From: Candidatus Eiseniibacteriota bacterium
GTDB taxonomy: Bacteria; ARS69
DNA length: 64,000 nucleotides
Reading direction: 5' to 3'
Assembly: GCA_052390515.1 (NCBI GenBank)
Contig: JBQTGV010000062.1
Span: 547 to 64,546 of the forward strand
Below the pieces are notes generated by a model. The model did not search any database. It was not told the DNA's origin and saw only the letters and a program-made list of their open reading frames with translations. Position 1 is the first letter of the stretch, and each line of letters opens with the position of its first letter. A program made the translations under genes and the position numbers. Shown piece after piece: positions 1 to 10,040 of the stretch.

Positions 1-2
1 GA

Positions 3-953
3 GCGCCCCGTCGTTCCGGGCGGTGACGCGAGGCCGGCCAGCTCGAGCAACGTCGGCGCGAGATCGGTCAGCTCGACCGGCGCTCCGGCGATCCGCCTGC
101 CGGCGGGCGCGGCCGTCCCGAAGACGAGGGGGACGTGCGTGCCGGCGTCGTACACGTCGGCCTTGGCGCGCGGAAACGGCATGCCGTTGTCGCTCGTCAC
201 GATGATCGGAACGTGGCCGGCGAGTCCGCGCGCTCCGAGCTGCCGCACCAGCGCTCCGAGCTCCCGGTCGACCTCCTCGACTTCGCCCGCATAGTCGGCG
301 AGGTCGTCGAGGATCGCGGCGGCGTCGGGGAGATGCGGCGGCCGGAATCCGGGAGCCGCACCGGACTGGCGCGGCGTGCCGCCCCTGCCGAACGGGCGAT
401 GCGGGCGGCGCGTCCCGTGCCAGTAGTGGAAGGGCGAATCCCCCACGCCGGTGAGCAGGGACTCGAGATCCGCGACCTCCGGCCCGGCGGGATCCGAAGC
501 GCCCGGCGACAGCCGGCCCGGTGCCCACCCCTTGCCGGAGTGCCCCACGGCCCATCCCGCCGCCACCAGCATCTCGGGATACGTCGCCACCGAATCGGGG
601 AACGCGCCCCACTGGTTGGCCGCTTCGCCCAGGGCATGCGGCGGCCGGCCGGTCAGCAGCGAAGCCCGCGAGGGCGCGCAGATCGGCGAAGCGCAGAACG
701 CGTAGCGGAACTGCACGCCCGCACGAGCCAGTCGATCCAGCGAGGGCGTGCGCACCCGGGGATCGCCGTACGCGCCGGCGACTGCCGCAGACCAGTCGTC
801 GGCGACGAACACGACGACGCCGGCCGGCGAGTCGGCGCTCTCATTCTGGGGAGCCGCCGCGGCCGGCCAGGCCGCCAGGCACAGCGCGCCCGCGGCGAGC
901 GGAACGGCGCCGCTGCGCGGCCAGGGCATCCCGCGGCGGGGATCGATGGGCAT
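3..953 (-). CDS. Secreted sulfatase (Cys-type, formylglycine-dependent); runs off the left window edge
   Basis: Not in the ORF track (no stop in window). Manual translation from ATG at 953 (GAGGTG SD upstream): signal-like MPWPRSGAVPLAAGALCLAAWPAAA, then VVVFVADDW...VRTPSLDRLARAGVQFRYAFCASPICAPSRASLLTGR, the CxPxR sulfatase signature. Confidence 0.9.
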   Translation of the reverse strand, partial: MPIDPRRGMPWPRSGAVPLAAGALCLAAWPAAAAPQNESADSPAGVVVFVADDWSAAVAGAYGDPRVRTPSLDRLARAGVQFRYAFCASPICAPSRASLLTGRPPHALGEAANQWGAFPDSVATYPEMLVAAGWAVGHSGKGWAPGRLSPGASDPAGPEVADLESLLTGVGDSPFHYWHGTRRPHRPFGRGGTPRQSGAAPGFRPPHLPDAAAILDDLADYAGEVEEVDRELGALVRQLGARGLAGHVPIIVTSDNGMPFPRAKADVYDAGTHVPLVFGTAAPAGRRIAGAPVELTDLAPTLLELAGLASPPGTTGR

Positions 954-1421
954 CACACCTCGGCAGTCGCGGGGTCCGATCGAGCGGCCATCCTCTCACT
1001 CGATCTGGGTACACGATACCGACGCGCGCCGCAACTCGACGGCGCGCGCCGCCGCCCGTGACCGCGGGCCTCTTTGCCCGGCACTCCGCTCGCCCTCCTC
1101 GTACGTGCCGACTCCCGGTCCGGCCAGATCCGCCCGCTTGTCGCCGGCGATCTTCGTATGGGCATGACTCCACCCCCCCGATGGGTCGTGCAACCGAGCC
1201 CGCTGCCATCTACGGAGGGGCGCCAGGGCGAGAAGCGCCGCCCGCCCGGGCTCGGCGTGTGGCCCGTGAGCGGGGATGACCTGCGGCTCAGCCGGTCGAC
1301 GCGCCCGGCCGGGGGACCTCAGGATCGGTCAACCTCCGGGGCGTGGGGGTCGATAGAAGTACCGAGATCGGGGTGTCCCTCCAGGAAGCGGCGATCGCGG
1401 GACCGGCGAGGTGGAACGGAC

Positions 1422-3395
1422 ATGTGCGGCATCGCCGGGATTCTCAACCTGGGGAGCTCCGAGCCCATCGATGAGCCCCTGCTGGCGCGGATGATCTCGA
1501 CCATCCGTCACCGGGGGCCGGACGAGTCGGGCATGTACGTGGACTCGACCGTCGGGCTGGCTCACGCGCGGCTCAGCATCATCGGCTTGACCGGCGGGAC
1601 GCAGCCGATCTGCAACGAGGACGGCACGCTCTGGATCGTCTACAACGGCGAAGCGTTCAACTACGTCGAGCTCCGCGAGGAGCTGCTCGGCCGCGGGCAC
1701 GTGTTCCGCACGACGACGGACACGGAGGTGCTGCTGCACCTCTACGAGGAGCACGGGGTCGAGTCCCTGAAGAGGATCAACGGCCAGTTCGCGCTGGCCA
1801 TCTGGGACTCGCGCAAGAGGGAGCTGTTCCTCGCGCGGGACCGCCTGGGGATTCGCCCGCTGTTCTACACCAGGAGCCGCGGCCGACTGCTCTTCGGGTC
1901 GGAGATCAAGGCGCTCTTCGCCGATCCGTCGGTGCCGCGGGCGATCGATCCGGTGGCCCTGGCGGAGACCTTCACGTTCTGGTCCACCCAGGCGCCCCGC
2001 ACCGCGTTCCGCGACGTGCACGCGCTTCGCCCCGGGCACACTCTCGTGGCGCGCGGCGCCGAGATCACCGAGACGCCGTACTGGCGGATCCCTCTGGTCA
2101 CGCCCGACGCGTACTACGGCGGCACGTTCGAGCAGGCTCGGGACGAGCTGCGCGCGCTGCTGAAGGACGCCGTTCGCATCCGCCTGCGCGCCGACGTGCC
2201 CGTGGGCGCCTATCTGAGCGGCGGCCTGGACTCCTCCCTGGTCACGGCCCTGATCGCCCGGCACTTCGACAACGATCTGCGGACCTTCTCCATGAGCTTC
2301 GAGGAGGCGCCGTTCGACGAGACGCCGTTCCAGCAGACCATGACCCGGCAGCTGGGGACGCGGCACAGCCAGGTGCACATCGGCAACGACCAGATCCGCG
2401 AGCTCCTGCCGGAGGTCGTCTGGCACTGCGAGACGCCGCTCACACGCACGGCGCCGGTGCCGCTCCTGCTGCTCTCGCGGCTGGTGCGGGATCACGGCTT
2501 CAAGGTCGTGCTGACGGGGGAGGGGGCCGACGAGGTCTTCGGAGGCTACAACATCTTCCGGGAGGCGAAGGTCCGGCGCTTCTGGGCGAGGCGCCCGAAC
2601 TCGACGCTTCGCCCGCTGCTCTTGGAGCGCCTCTACCCCTACGTCTTCCGAGACCCGGCACGGACCCGGTTCTTCCTCCAGAAGTTCTACGCCGTGAGAG
2701 ACGGCGATCTCGACGATCCGTTGTTCTCCCATCAGGTGCGGTGGCGAAACAGCGCACGCAACCGGACGTTCTTCTCCGACGAGGTGCGAGCCGCGCTCGC
2801 CGGCCACGATCCCGTGGAAGAACTTCGCTGCCGTCTCCCCGAGAGCTTCGGGTCGCGCGACGCGCTGTCCCGCGCGCAGGTGCTGGAGATGGAGCTCTTC
2901 CTGTCGAGCTACCTGCTGTCCTCGCAGGGCGACCGCGTGGCGATGGCGAGCTCGCTGGAGACGCGCATGCCGTTCCTCGACTACCGCGTGGTCGAGCTGG
3001 GATTCCGACTGCCGCCCCGCTGGAAGATCAACGCCCTGAAGGAGAAGCACATCCTCAAGGAGGCGGCGCGGGGCGTGCTGCCCGAGGAAGTGCGCGGGCG
3101 GGCGAAGAAGCCCTACCGAGCTCCCATCCGCGAGGCGCTCGCCGGCCGCGGCGGCGACGATTGGGTGCACGACCTGCTCTCCGCCCCGAGGCTGCGGCGC
3201 GCCGGCTACTTCGATGAGCGGAAGGTGGCCCACCTGCTGGCACGCTGCGAGGACGGAAGCGGCACGGGGGAGACGCAGGACATGGCGTTGGTCGGGATCC
3301 TCACGACGCAGCTCCTGCACCACCAGTTCGTGGAGAGCGCGGCGCTCTCGGACTCCGACGGGAGAACGCTGGACCGGGTGGTGCGCGTTGCCTGA
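1422..3395 (+). CDS. asnB: Asparagine synthase (glutamine-hydrolysing) family amidotransferase
   Basis: N-terminal MCGIAG (Ntn Cys), HRGPD, HARLSII, NGEAFN, RDRLGIRPLF, LSGGLDSS, LTGEGADEVFGGY, ETRMPFLD; GAGG SD before ATG 1422. Confidence 0.95.
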   Translation: MCGIAGILNLGSSEPIDEPLLARMISTIRHRGPDESGMYVDSTVGLAHARLSIIGLTGGTQPICNEDGTLWIVYNGEAFNYVELREELLGRGHVFRTTTDTEVLLHLYEEHGVESLKRINGQFALAIWDSRKRELFLARDRLGIRPLFYTRSRGRLLFGSEIKALFADPSVPRAIDPVALAETFTFWSTQAPRTAFRDVHALRPGHTLVARGAEITETPYWRIPLVTPDAYYGGTFEQARDELRALLKDAVRIRLRADVPVGAYLSGGLDSSLVTALIARHFDNDLRTFSMSFEEAPFDETPFQQTMTRQLGTRHSQVHIGNDQIRELLPEVVWHCETPLTRTAPVPLLLLSRLVRDHGFKVVLTGEGADEVFGGYNIFREAKVRRFWARRPNSTLRPLLLERLYPYVFRDPARTRFFLQKFYAVRDGDLDDPLFSHQVRWRNSARNRTFFSDEVRAALAGHDPVEELRCRLPESFGSRDALSRAQVLEMELFLSSYLLSSQGDRVAMASSLETRMPFLDYRVVELGFRLPPRWKINALKEKHILKEAARGVLPEEVRGRAKKPYRAPIREALAGRGGDDWVHDLLSAPRLRRAGYFDERKVAHLLARCEDGSGTGETQDMALVGILTTQLLHHQFVESAALSDSDGRTLDRVVRVA

Positions 3396-4233
3396 CCGCG
3401 CCGCCCTCCTCGAGGAGTGCACGTTCGCGGAAGGACCCGGTGTGGACGACTATCTCTACACGCGGGTGTACCTGCCCGCCGCCGAAACTCGCTCGACCGG
3501 GGTCGTCATCGCTCCTCCCGTGGGACACGAGCGGCTGCGCTGCTACCGGGAGCTCGTGGGGCTCGGGCGCGGTCTCGCCGAGGCCGGCTATCCCGCGATC
3601 CACCTCGATTACCGAGGCGAGGGAGAGAGCTCGGGCGATTTCGCGGACTCGGACCTGGGCTCGCGGGTGGCTGACGTGGGCGCCGCCGCGCGCGAGCTGC
3701 GCGGGCGGGCGCGGCTCGAGGAGCTCGTGCTCGTCGGCGTACGTCTCGGCGCGCTCGTCGCGCTGCTCGCGGCGCGATCCCTCGCCGTGACCCGCGTGGT
3801 CCTCTGCGAGCCGGTGTGCGATCCGAGGAGCCACGCGACGGACTTGCTTCGCGCCAACATCATCCTGCAACGGCAGTATCGCGGAGGGATCGCCGACACG
3901 TCTCCCGCGCTGCGCACGGCGCTCGCCTCGGGGCGCACGATCTCGGTCTACGGGTTCCACCTCGGCCGGAAGCTCCTCGGTGAGCTCGAAACGCTGGACA
4001 CGACCGCCGTCGTCGAAGGATTCGCGGGAGAGGCGCTCGTCGTGTACTTCGCCAGAGAAGAGCGCCCGCCGCGCCCGGATCTCGAGGCGTGGACGCGACG
4101 GTTCGTCGGAGCTTCTTCGCCGGTCGAGGCAGCGCGCGTGGTCACGGACTTCGGGTGGGCGGGCAAGGCCACGTGGAACTCCCGGCTCGAACCGTTGAAC
4201 GCGAGGGTGACGGAATGGCTCGCTCGGTCCTGA
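3388..4233 (+). CDS. Alpha/beta hydrolase-fold protein, resembling exosortase-system-associated hydrolase 2 (Arg at nucleophile elbow)
   Basis: LAEAGYPAIHLDYRGEGESSGDF and LVGVRLGALVA; TTG start overlapping the asnB stop (start inferred). Confidence 0.75.
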   Translation: MPDRAALLEECTFAEGPGVDDYLYTRVYLPAAETRSTGVVIAPPVGHERLRCYRELVGLGRGLAEAGYPAIHLDYRGEGESSGDFADSDLGSRVADVGAAARELRGRARLEELVLVGVRLGALVALLAARSLAVTRVVLCEPVCDPRSHATDLLRANIILQRQYRGGIADTSPALRTALASGRTISVYGFHLGRKLLGELETLDTTAVVEGFAGEALVVYFAREERPPRPDLEAWTRRFVGASSPVEAARVVTDFGWAGKATWNSRLEPLNARVTEWLARS

Positions 4234-5189
4234 GCACCGGGGGAGCGGTACGACGGACCGCCGTTGCGATCCTGAACCGAGACGGCAGGCGCATGTTCGG
4301 GATCCTGACGGCACCGGCGAGCGGCGCCGACGGTACGGAGGCCCTCGTGCTCTGCCACGCGGGAGTCACCAGCAAGGCCGGCACCGGCGAGTACATGAGG
4401 ATCCTGGCGGATCAGCTCGCCGCCCAGGGACGCTCGGTCCTGCGCTTCGATCAGTCCGGGGTGGGGGACAGCGAGGGCGAGATCGGCGACGGCCTCCCCA
4501 TCAACAGGTACTACCGGATGATCCAGACCGGCCTCTCCGTGGCCGATACGGAGGATGCCGTGGCTTGGCTCGCCGAGACGTGCCGGCCGGCGGGGATCTC
4601 GCTGCTCGGACATTGCGGCGGTTGTGTGACCGCGGCGCTCGTTGCCGCGCGCCGCCCCGGGACGTTCCGCGGGCTGATCTTCATCGCCCTGCCCGTTCTC
4701 TACTCTCCGCTGAACGGGGAGGCGGACGGCCGCGGTGATACGGACCGGAGGATCCCACACGCCCAGCTGAGGAAGCTGCTCCGGCCCGACGGATACCTGG
4801 GGGCTCTCCGGGGGCGGACCGACCTCCTGCTGATGACCCGGGCGGTGGCGAGCTACGGCGTCGAGCAGCTGCGGAAGTGGGCGCACCGGGGACCGGAGCG
4901 CCCTCCCTCGGGACTGCATCCGCTGTACAACCGCTTGCTCGGAGAGGCTTTCGAAGATCTGATGAGGAGGCGGACGCCGGTGTTGATCATCCTGCCCCAG
5001 TTCGACGTCGAGACCGAGACGTTCGAGGCGGAGTTCCGGGCGAAGGTGCTGGACGCGCATCCGGAATACCGCGACCTCTGCAGGGTGGAGTACCTGCCGG
5101 ACACCGACCACTCGGTGATGTTCGAATCTTCGCGGGAGCGCTTGAAGAGCGTCATCTCTGCGGGGCTCGACGCGATGGCGCACGCATGA
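4215..5189 (+). CDS. Alpha/beta hydrolase-fold protein, resembling exosortase-system-associated hydrolase 1 (Cys at nucleophile elbow)
   Basis: VLRFDQSGVGDSEGE, elbow LLGHCGGC, C-terminal PDTDHSV (His). Confidence 0.8.
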   Translation: MARSVLSTGGAVRRTAVAILNRDGRRMFGILTAPASGADGTEALVLCHAGVTSKAGTGEYMRILADQLAAQGRSVLRFDQSGVGDSEGEIGDGLPINRYYRMIQTGLSVADTEDAVAWLAETCRPAGISLLGHCGGCVTAALVAARRPGTFRGLIFIALPVLYSPLNGEADGRGDTDRRIPHAQLRKLLRPDGYLGALRGRTDLLLMTRAVASYGVEQLRKWAHRGPERPPSGLHPLYNRLLGEAFEDLMRRRTPVLIILPQFDVETETFEAEFRAKVLDAHPEYRDLCRVEYLPDTDHSVMFESSRERLKSVISAGLDAMAHA

Positions 5190-6226
5190 GCGCCCCGGGC
5201 CTCGGGCTGGACTCCCTGAAGCTCGACGCGGAGCGCGAGGTGGATCGGATCTGTCTTCGCCTGCGCGAGGCGCTGGCCGGACCGCTGCGTCGCCGCGGCC
5301 TCGTGATCGGACTGTCCGGGGGCATCGACAGCAGCGTCTGCGCGACGCTCGCGGCGCGGGCGCTCGGCGCCGCGCGCGTGTTCGGCCTGCTGATGCCCGA
5401 GCACCACTCCGACGACGACACGCTGCGGCTGAGCCGCGGTCTCGCCGGGAGCCTCGGGATTCGTTGGGCGCACGAGGACATCAGCGGCGTGCTGGACGCC
5501 GCCGGCTGTTACCGCCGCTACGACGACGCCGTGCGCAGCGTGGTGCCGGAGTATGGACCGGGGTGGAAGTCCAAGATCGTGGCATCGGATGCCACCGCGA
5601 GCCGGGGCTTTCGCCTCTTCTCCCTCGTGGCACAGGCGCCGGGGGGCGCGGTGGTCCGCACTCGGCTGCCGCTCGAGGCGTACCTGGGCATCGTCGCGGC
5701 GACGAGCTTCAAACAACGAACGCGCAAGATGATCGAGTACTACCACGCGGACCGCCTGCACTACGCGGTCGTGGGCACGCCCAATCGCCTGGAGTACGAC
5801 CAGGGCTTCTTCGTCAAGAACGGCGACGGTGCCGCGGACGTGAAGCCGATCGCGCACCTGTACAAGACCCAGGTCTACCAGCTGGCCGAGCACCTCGGCG
5901 TGGCGGCGGAGATCCGTTCGCGGCCTCCCTCCACCGACACCTATTCGCTGCCGCAGGGCCAGGACGAGTTCTACTTCTCGCTGCCCTTCGAGCAGATGGA
6001 CCTGTGCCTGTGGGGAAGGAACCATGGTGTTGCGCCGGAGGCGGTCGCGGCGGCCGTCGGGCTGACTCCCGATCAGGTGCGTCGCGTTTTCGAAGACATC
6101 GACACGAAGCGCGCGACGACCGCCTATCTGCACCTGTCCCCCCTGCTGATGGAAGACGTACCCGAGGTATCGCCGCGTTCCGGGAAGCGCGAGACGGCGG
6201 GCGCGGGGAGGTCGAAGCATGAGTGA
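5186..6226 (+). CDS. nadE: NH3-dependent NAD+ synthetase-like protein (cluster-associated paralog)
   Basis: PP-loop IGLSGGIDSS, KQRTRK, GTPNRLEYDQGFFVKNGDGAADVKPIAHLYKTQVYQLA, PPSTD, QDE; ATGA coupling to the previous gene. Confidence 0.85.
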   Translation: MSAPGLGLDSLKLDAEREVDRICLRLREALAGPLRRRGLVIGLSGGIDSSVCATLAARALGAARVFGLLMPEHHSDDDTLRLSRGLAGSLGIRWAHEDISGVLDAAGCYRRYDDAVRSVVPEYGPGWKSKIVASDATASRGFRLFSLVAQAPGGAVVRTRLPLEAYLGIVAATSFKQRTRKMIEYYHADRLHYAVVGTPNRLEYDQGFFVKNGDGAADVKPIAHLYKTQVYQLAEHLGVAAEIRSRPPSTDTYSLPQGQDEFYFSLPFEQMDLCLWGRNHGVAPEAVAAAVGLTPDQVRRVFEDIDTKRATTAYLHLSPLLMEDVPEVSPRSGKRETAGAGRSKHE

Positions 6227-6461
6227 CGTGAAGGACACGGTTCGCCGTTTCATCGTGGAGACGTTCCTGTTCGGGGAGAACGGACACCTGCAGGACGACA
6301 CGTCGTTCCTCGACGCCGGCATCATCGATTCGACCGGCGTCCTGGAGCTCGTGAGCTTCCTGGAAGCCACGTATGGAATCAGCGTGAGGGACGAGGAGCT
6401 GATCCCGGAGAACCTCGACTCGCTCGCCAACATCGAGGCCTACCTGGCGCGCAAGAAGTAG
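6219..6461 (+). CDS. Acyl/peptidyl carrier protein
   Basis: 80 aa, acidic; phosphopantetheine site in DAGIIDSTGVLELVSFLE; PENLDSL. Confidence 0.92.
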   Translation: MSDVKDTVRRFIVETFLFGENGHLQDDTSFLDAGIIDSTGVLELVSFLEATYGISVRDEELIPENLDSLANIEAYLARKK

Positions 6462-6476
6462 CCCGGGAGGGCGACG

Positions 6477-8030
6477 ATGCTGGTCCAGCAGTTCCTGGAG
6501 GACTCCGCGGCGCGCCTCCCGAACAAAGTCGCGCTGGTGTGCGGAAGCGAACGTCTCTCGTACAGCGAGATCGATCACCGCACCGGCCTCGTGGCGCGCC
6601 GGCTAGTCGCGCTCGGGGTGACGCGGCACGACCGCGTGGCCGTCTTCCTGGACAACTCGACCGAGCACGTCGTCGCGTTCTTCGGCGTACTGAAGGCCGG
6701 GGCGATCGCCATCCCGGTCAGCCCGACGATGAAGGCCCGGAAGCTCGGCTACATCCTGCGGGACTCCGGAGCCCGGGTGCTGATCGCCGGGGCGGAGAAG
6801 GCGCTCGTCGTCCGCGAGTCGGCGGAGCAAGCGACGGAGCTGCGGCACGTGGTGTGGTGCCGCCGGCCGGGTGCGCCGGTCAACCGGGAGGCGACGGACC
6901 TGCCCTCGGGTGTGAGCTCCGTCGAGTGGTCGTCGGTCCTGGCCTCCCCGGCGAACGCCGCTCTCCCGCGCTGCATCGACGTGGACCTGGCCACGATCAT
7001 CTATACCTCGGGGTCCACCGGCGAACCGAAGGGCGTGATGTGCGCTCACTGTAACGTGGTCGCCGCCGCGCGCAGCATCACGCAGTACCTCGAGAACGTG
7101 GAGGACGACGTCATCCTGGACACGCTGCCGCTCTCCTTCGACTACGGCCTCTATCAGGTGTTCATGGCCTTCCTCGTGGGCGCCACGGTGGTGCTGGAGC
7201 GCTCCTTCGCCTATCCGCATCAGGTGCTGGAGAGCCTCGTGCGTGAGCGCGTGACCGGCTTCCCGCTCGTGCCGACCATGGCCGCGATCCTGCTGCAGAT
7301 GGAAGAGCTGGCCGCGATGGACCTCGGCGCGCTGCGCTATGTCACCAACACGGCGGCCGCCCTGCCGGTCGCGTACGTGCGGAGGCTCCAGGCGCTTCTT
7401 CCCGGCGTGCGCATCTACTCCATGTACGGTCTGACGGAGTGCAAGCGCACCGCGTACCTGCCGCCTGAGCGGCTGAGCGAGCGCCCCGACTCCGTGGGGC
7501 TGCCCATTCCCAACGAGGAGGTGTTCATCCTCGACGACGCCGGGCGGGAAGTCGCTCCGGGGGAGATCGGCGAGCTGGTCGTGCGCGGCTCGAACGTCAT
7601 GCAGGGCTACTGGAACGCTCCCGAGGAGACGGCGCGCAAGTTCCGCCCGGGCCGCTGGCGCGGCGAGACGCTGCTGCACACCGGCGACCTCTTTCGACGG
7701 GACTCCGAGGGTTTCCTGTACTTTGTCGCGCGCAAGGACGACATGATCAAGACCAAGGGGGAGAGGGTCAGCCCGCGGGAGATCGAGGACGTGGTGTGCG
7801 AGATGGAGGGAGTGGCGGAGGCGGCGGTCGTGGGCGTGCCCGAGGATGTCGCGGGGCACGTGATCAAGGCGTGCGTCGTGCTGAGAGACGGCCGCACCAT
7901 CGGGGAGGAGGAGATCCGCAAGCACTGCAGCGCGCATCTGGAGGCCTTCGCCGTTCCCAAGTACGTGGAGATCCGCGCTTCGCTGCCGCGCACGCCGAAC
8001 GGCAAGATCGACAAGAAGGCGCTCGTCTGA
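6477..8030 (+). CDS. Stand-alone AMP-forming (ANL family) ligase / adenylation enzyme
   Basis: IIYTSGSTGEPKG, LSFDYG, SMYGLTE, HTGDL, RKDDMIK, PRTPNGKIDK. Confidence 0.93.
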   Translation: MLVQQFLEDSAARLPNKVALVCGSERLSYSEIDHRTGLVARRLVALGVTRHDRVAVFLDNSTEHVVAFFGVLKAGAIAIPVSPTMKARKLGYILRDSGARVLIAGAEKALVVRESAEQATELRHVVWCRRPGAPVNREATDLPSGVSSVEWSSVLASPANAALPRCIDVDLATIIYTSGSTGEPKGVMCAHCNVVAAARSITQYLENVEDDVILDTLPLSFDYGLYQVFMAFLVGATVVLERSFAYPHQVLESLVRERVTGFPLVPTMAAILLQMEELAAMDLGALRYVTNTAAALPVAYVRRLQALLPGVRIYSMYGLTECKRTAYLPPERLSERPDSVGLPIPNEEVFILDDAGREVAPGEIGELVVRGSNVMQGYWNAPEETARKFRPGRWRGETLLHTGDLFRRDSEGFLYFVARKDDMIKTKGERVSPREIEDVVCEMEGVAEAAVVGVPEDVAGHVIKACVVLRDGRTIGEEEIRKHCSAHLEAFAVPKYVEIRASLPRTPNGKIDKKALV

Positions 8031-8051
8031 GCCGGCCGGCTCCCCGCCGGT

Positions 8052-9818
8052 TCAGGACAGCGGCCAGAACATCGGGATCAGGAACAGGCAGGCCGCGAAG
8101 GCGAGCACGGTGAGCCCGGCGCCGGCCACCAGGAAGTCCCGCACCCGATAGCGTCCCGTCGAGTAGACGAGGAGGCAGGCCGGCTCGAAGGGCGTGATGA
8201 ACGAGCACGAGGCGGCGATGCACACGGCAATGGCGAAAGAGCGTGGGTCCGCACCCGCCACGGGTGCCGCTTCCAGCGCGATGGGGATGACCAGCAGCGC
8301 CGCCGCCGCGTTGCTGAGCGGCTGGGTGAGCAGGACCGTCAGCAAGTAGAACGTAGCCATCAGCACCAGCGGGTTGTCGCCCGGAACCGCGTCGGTCAGC
8401 GTCACGGCCAGGAGCCGCGCGGCTCCGGACTTCTCCATGGCGAGACCGAGGGTGGCCATTCCTGCCAGCATCACCAGGAAGCGGACGTTGACGTGTTCGC
8501 CGGCCTGCGACGGCTTCAGCAGGCCGATCGCCATGACGAGGCCAGCTCCTGTCAAGAACGCGGTCGGCGAGTCCAGCCAATCCAGCGCCGCGACCACGAT
8601 CGCGGCGGCGAAGACGGCGCTCGCCTGCAGGCACTTCCTGCCGTCGTACGTCTGCAGCGCGGTGCTCTCGGTGAGGACGACGTGCGGCTCCGCCGCCAGG
8701 CGCTCGAACATGTCCTTTCGACCGTAGACCAGCAGCACGTCACCGGCTCGGAGCGGGATCTGGATGATCCGGTCGACGGCGACATGCCCGCGGCGGTGGA
8801 TCGCCAGGATCGTCAGATGGTAGCGCCGCCGAAACTCGAGTTGCGTGAGGCTCTTCCCGATGAACGGCGAATTGTAGGAGACGGTCGCTTCCATGAGGGT
8901 GACGCCCTCGCCTTCGAGCCCTTGCCATTCCTTCGGCATCGGGTGGATGTCCAGACCCTTCGTGCCGCGGACGGCCGGGATGGTGCTCTCGCTGCCCTCG
9001 ACGAGCAGGATGTCGCCGGCTCGGATGACCTCCGTCGGTTCGGGCGCCTCGATCCGATGTGTCCCGCGCTCGATGGCCAGCACGGTCACACCGAGCTTCT
9101 CCCCGAGCGCGGCGCGGGACATGGACTCACCGATGATCGCGGCGTCGGGCCCGACGAGGACCTCGTAGAGGAAGGCGCGCAGCCCGTACGCCTCGATGGC
9201 GGCCAGCTCGGGGCGCGGGCGGACCAGGCGAGGGACGACGAGCAGCAGGTAGGGGATCCCGATCAGCGCCACGGCCACGCCGACGGGGGTGAGCTCGAAG
9301 AAGGACATCGGGCGGAGGCCGTGCTGCGCGAGAGCTCCGGAGACGGCCACGTTCGTAGACGTCCCGATGAGCGTGCACATACCACCGGTCATGGAAGCGA
9401 ACGCGATCGGCATGAGGTACTTCGCGCGGCTCACGCGGAACTGCCGCGCCACCGCCTCGGCCACCGGGATGAACGTCGCGGTGGCCGCGACGTTGTTGAT
9501 GACCGAGGAGACGGCGTTCACGGCACCGAGCAGGTACACGCCCATCTTGCGCTCGCTGCCGCCGGCCAGCCCGCGGATCCGGGTGGCGATGAAGGCGGCC
9601 GCCCCGTTGTCCAGGATCGCGCCGGTGAGCAGCATCACCCCGGCGATCATGACGACCGCGGAGTTGCCGAAGCCGGACGCGGCCTCCTGCGGCGTGAGCA
9701 CGCCGGCGATGACCAGAGCGCCCATCAGCAGCATGGCGAAGACCTCGATCGCGATCCACTCCCACGCGAAGTTCGCGATGGTCAGGACCAGCAGACCGAG
9801 GACGATGGCGATCTCCAT
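8052..9818 (-). CDS. SLC13/DASS family permease with two TrkA-C domains
   Basis: Multiple TM helices; INNVA, GGMCTLIGTSTN, LSNAAA, SFITP; two RCK-C repeats (LAIERG...GDILLVEG; LAIHRRG...GDVLLVYG). Confidence 0.9.
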   Translation of the reverse strand: MEIAIVLGLLVLTIANFAWEWIAIEVFAMLLMGALVIAGVLTPQEAASGFGNSAVVMIAGVMLLTGAILDNGAAAFIATRIRGLAGGSERKMGVYLLGAVNAVSSVINNVAATATFIPVAEAVARQFRVSRAKYLMPIAFASMTGGMCTLIGTSTNVAVSGALAQHGLRPMSFFELTPVGVAVALIGIPYLLLVVPRLVRPRPELAAIEAYGLRAFLYEVLVGPDAAIIGESMSRAALGEKLGVTVLAIERGTHRIEAPEPTEVIRAGDILLVEGSESTIPAVRGTKGLDIHPMPKEWQGLEGEGVTLMEATVSYNSPFIGKSLTQLEFRRRYHLTILAIHRRGHVAVDRIIQIPLRAGDVLLVYGRKDMFERLAAEPHVVLTESTALQTYDGRKCLQASAVFAAAIVVAALDWLDSPTAFLTGAGLVMAIGLLKPSQAGEHVNVRFLVMLAGMATLGLAMEKSGAARLLAVTLTDAVPGDNPLVLMATFYLLTVLLTQPLSNAAAALLVIPIALEAAPVAGADPRSFAIAVCIAASCSFITPFEPACLLVYSTGRYRVRDFLVAGAGLTVLAFAACLFLIPMFWPLS

Positions 9819-9953
9819 GGCCGCGGATCTTGCCCGAGCGTGTCCCGACCGTCAAACGAGGTGGTGCGGCGGGGAGCGTTCTGCGGGCCGGAGTTTCCGT
9901 GCGGCCCCGCTCATCATCTCGACTTGGCGCACGGATCGTCGGCCTCGCCGCCG

Positions 9954-10040
9954 CCTACGTGATCACGGCCGGATCTCGTGCTGGTCGACGTGTCGCTCTC
10001 CGAGGGCACCGGCCTCGGGCTGCTGCGGGGCCCCTTGGAA
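9954..10040 (+). pseudogene. Possible decayed response-regulator receiver-domain fragment
   Basis: RPDLVLVDVSLSEGTGLGLLR resembles the REC phospho-Asp segment; it is preceded by an in-frame TGA (9960) and has no intact downstream domain. Confidence 0.35.

Noticed and set aside
135-1279. Plus-strand ORFs 135..1061 and 521..1279
   Set aside because: Antisense shadows of the minus-strand sulfatase; Arg/Pro-rich and without motifs
954-1421. 468-bp divergent intergenic region as a possible ncRNA or small ORF
   Set aside because: Only generic GC-rich hairpins; no recognisable RNA motif or convincing coding signal
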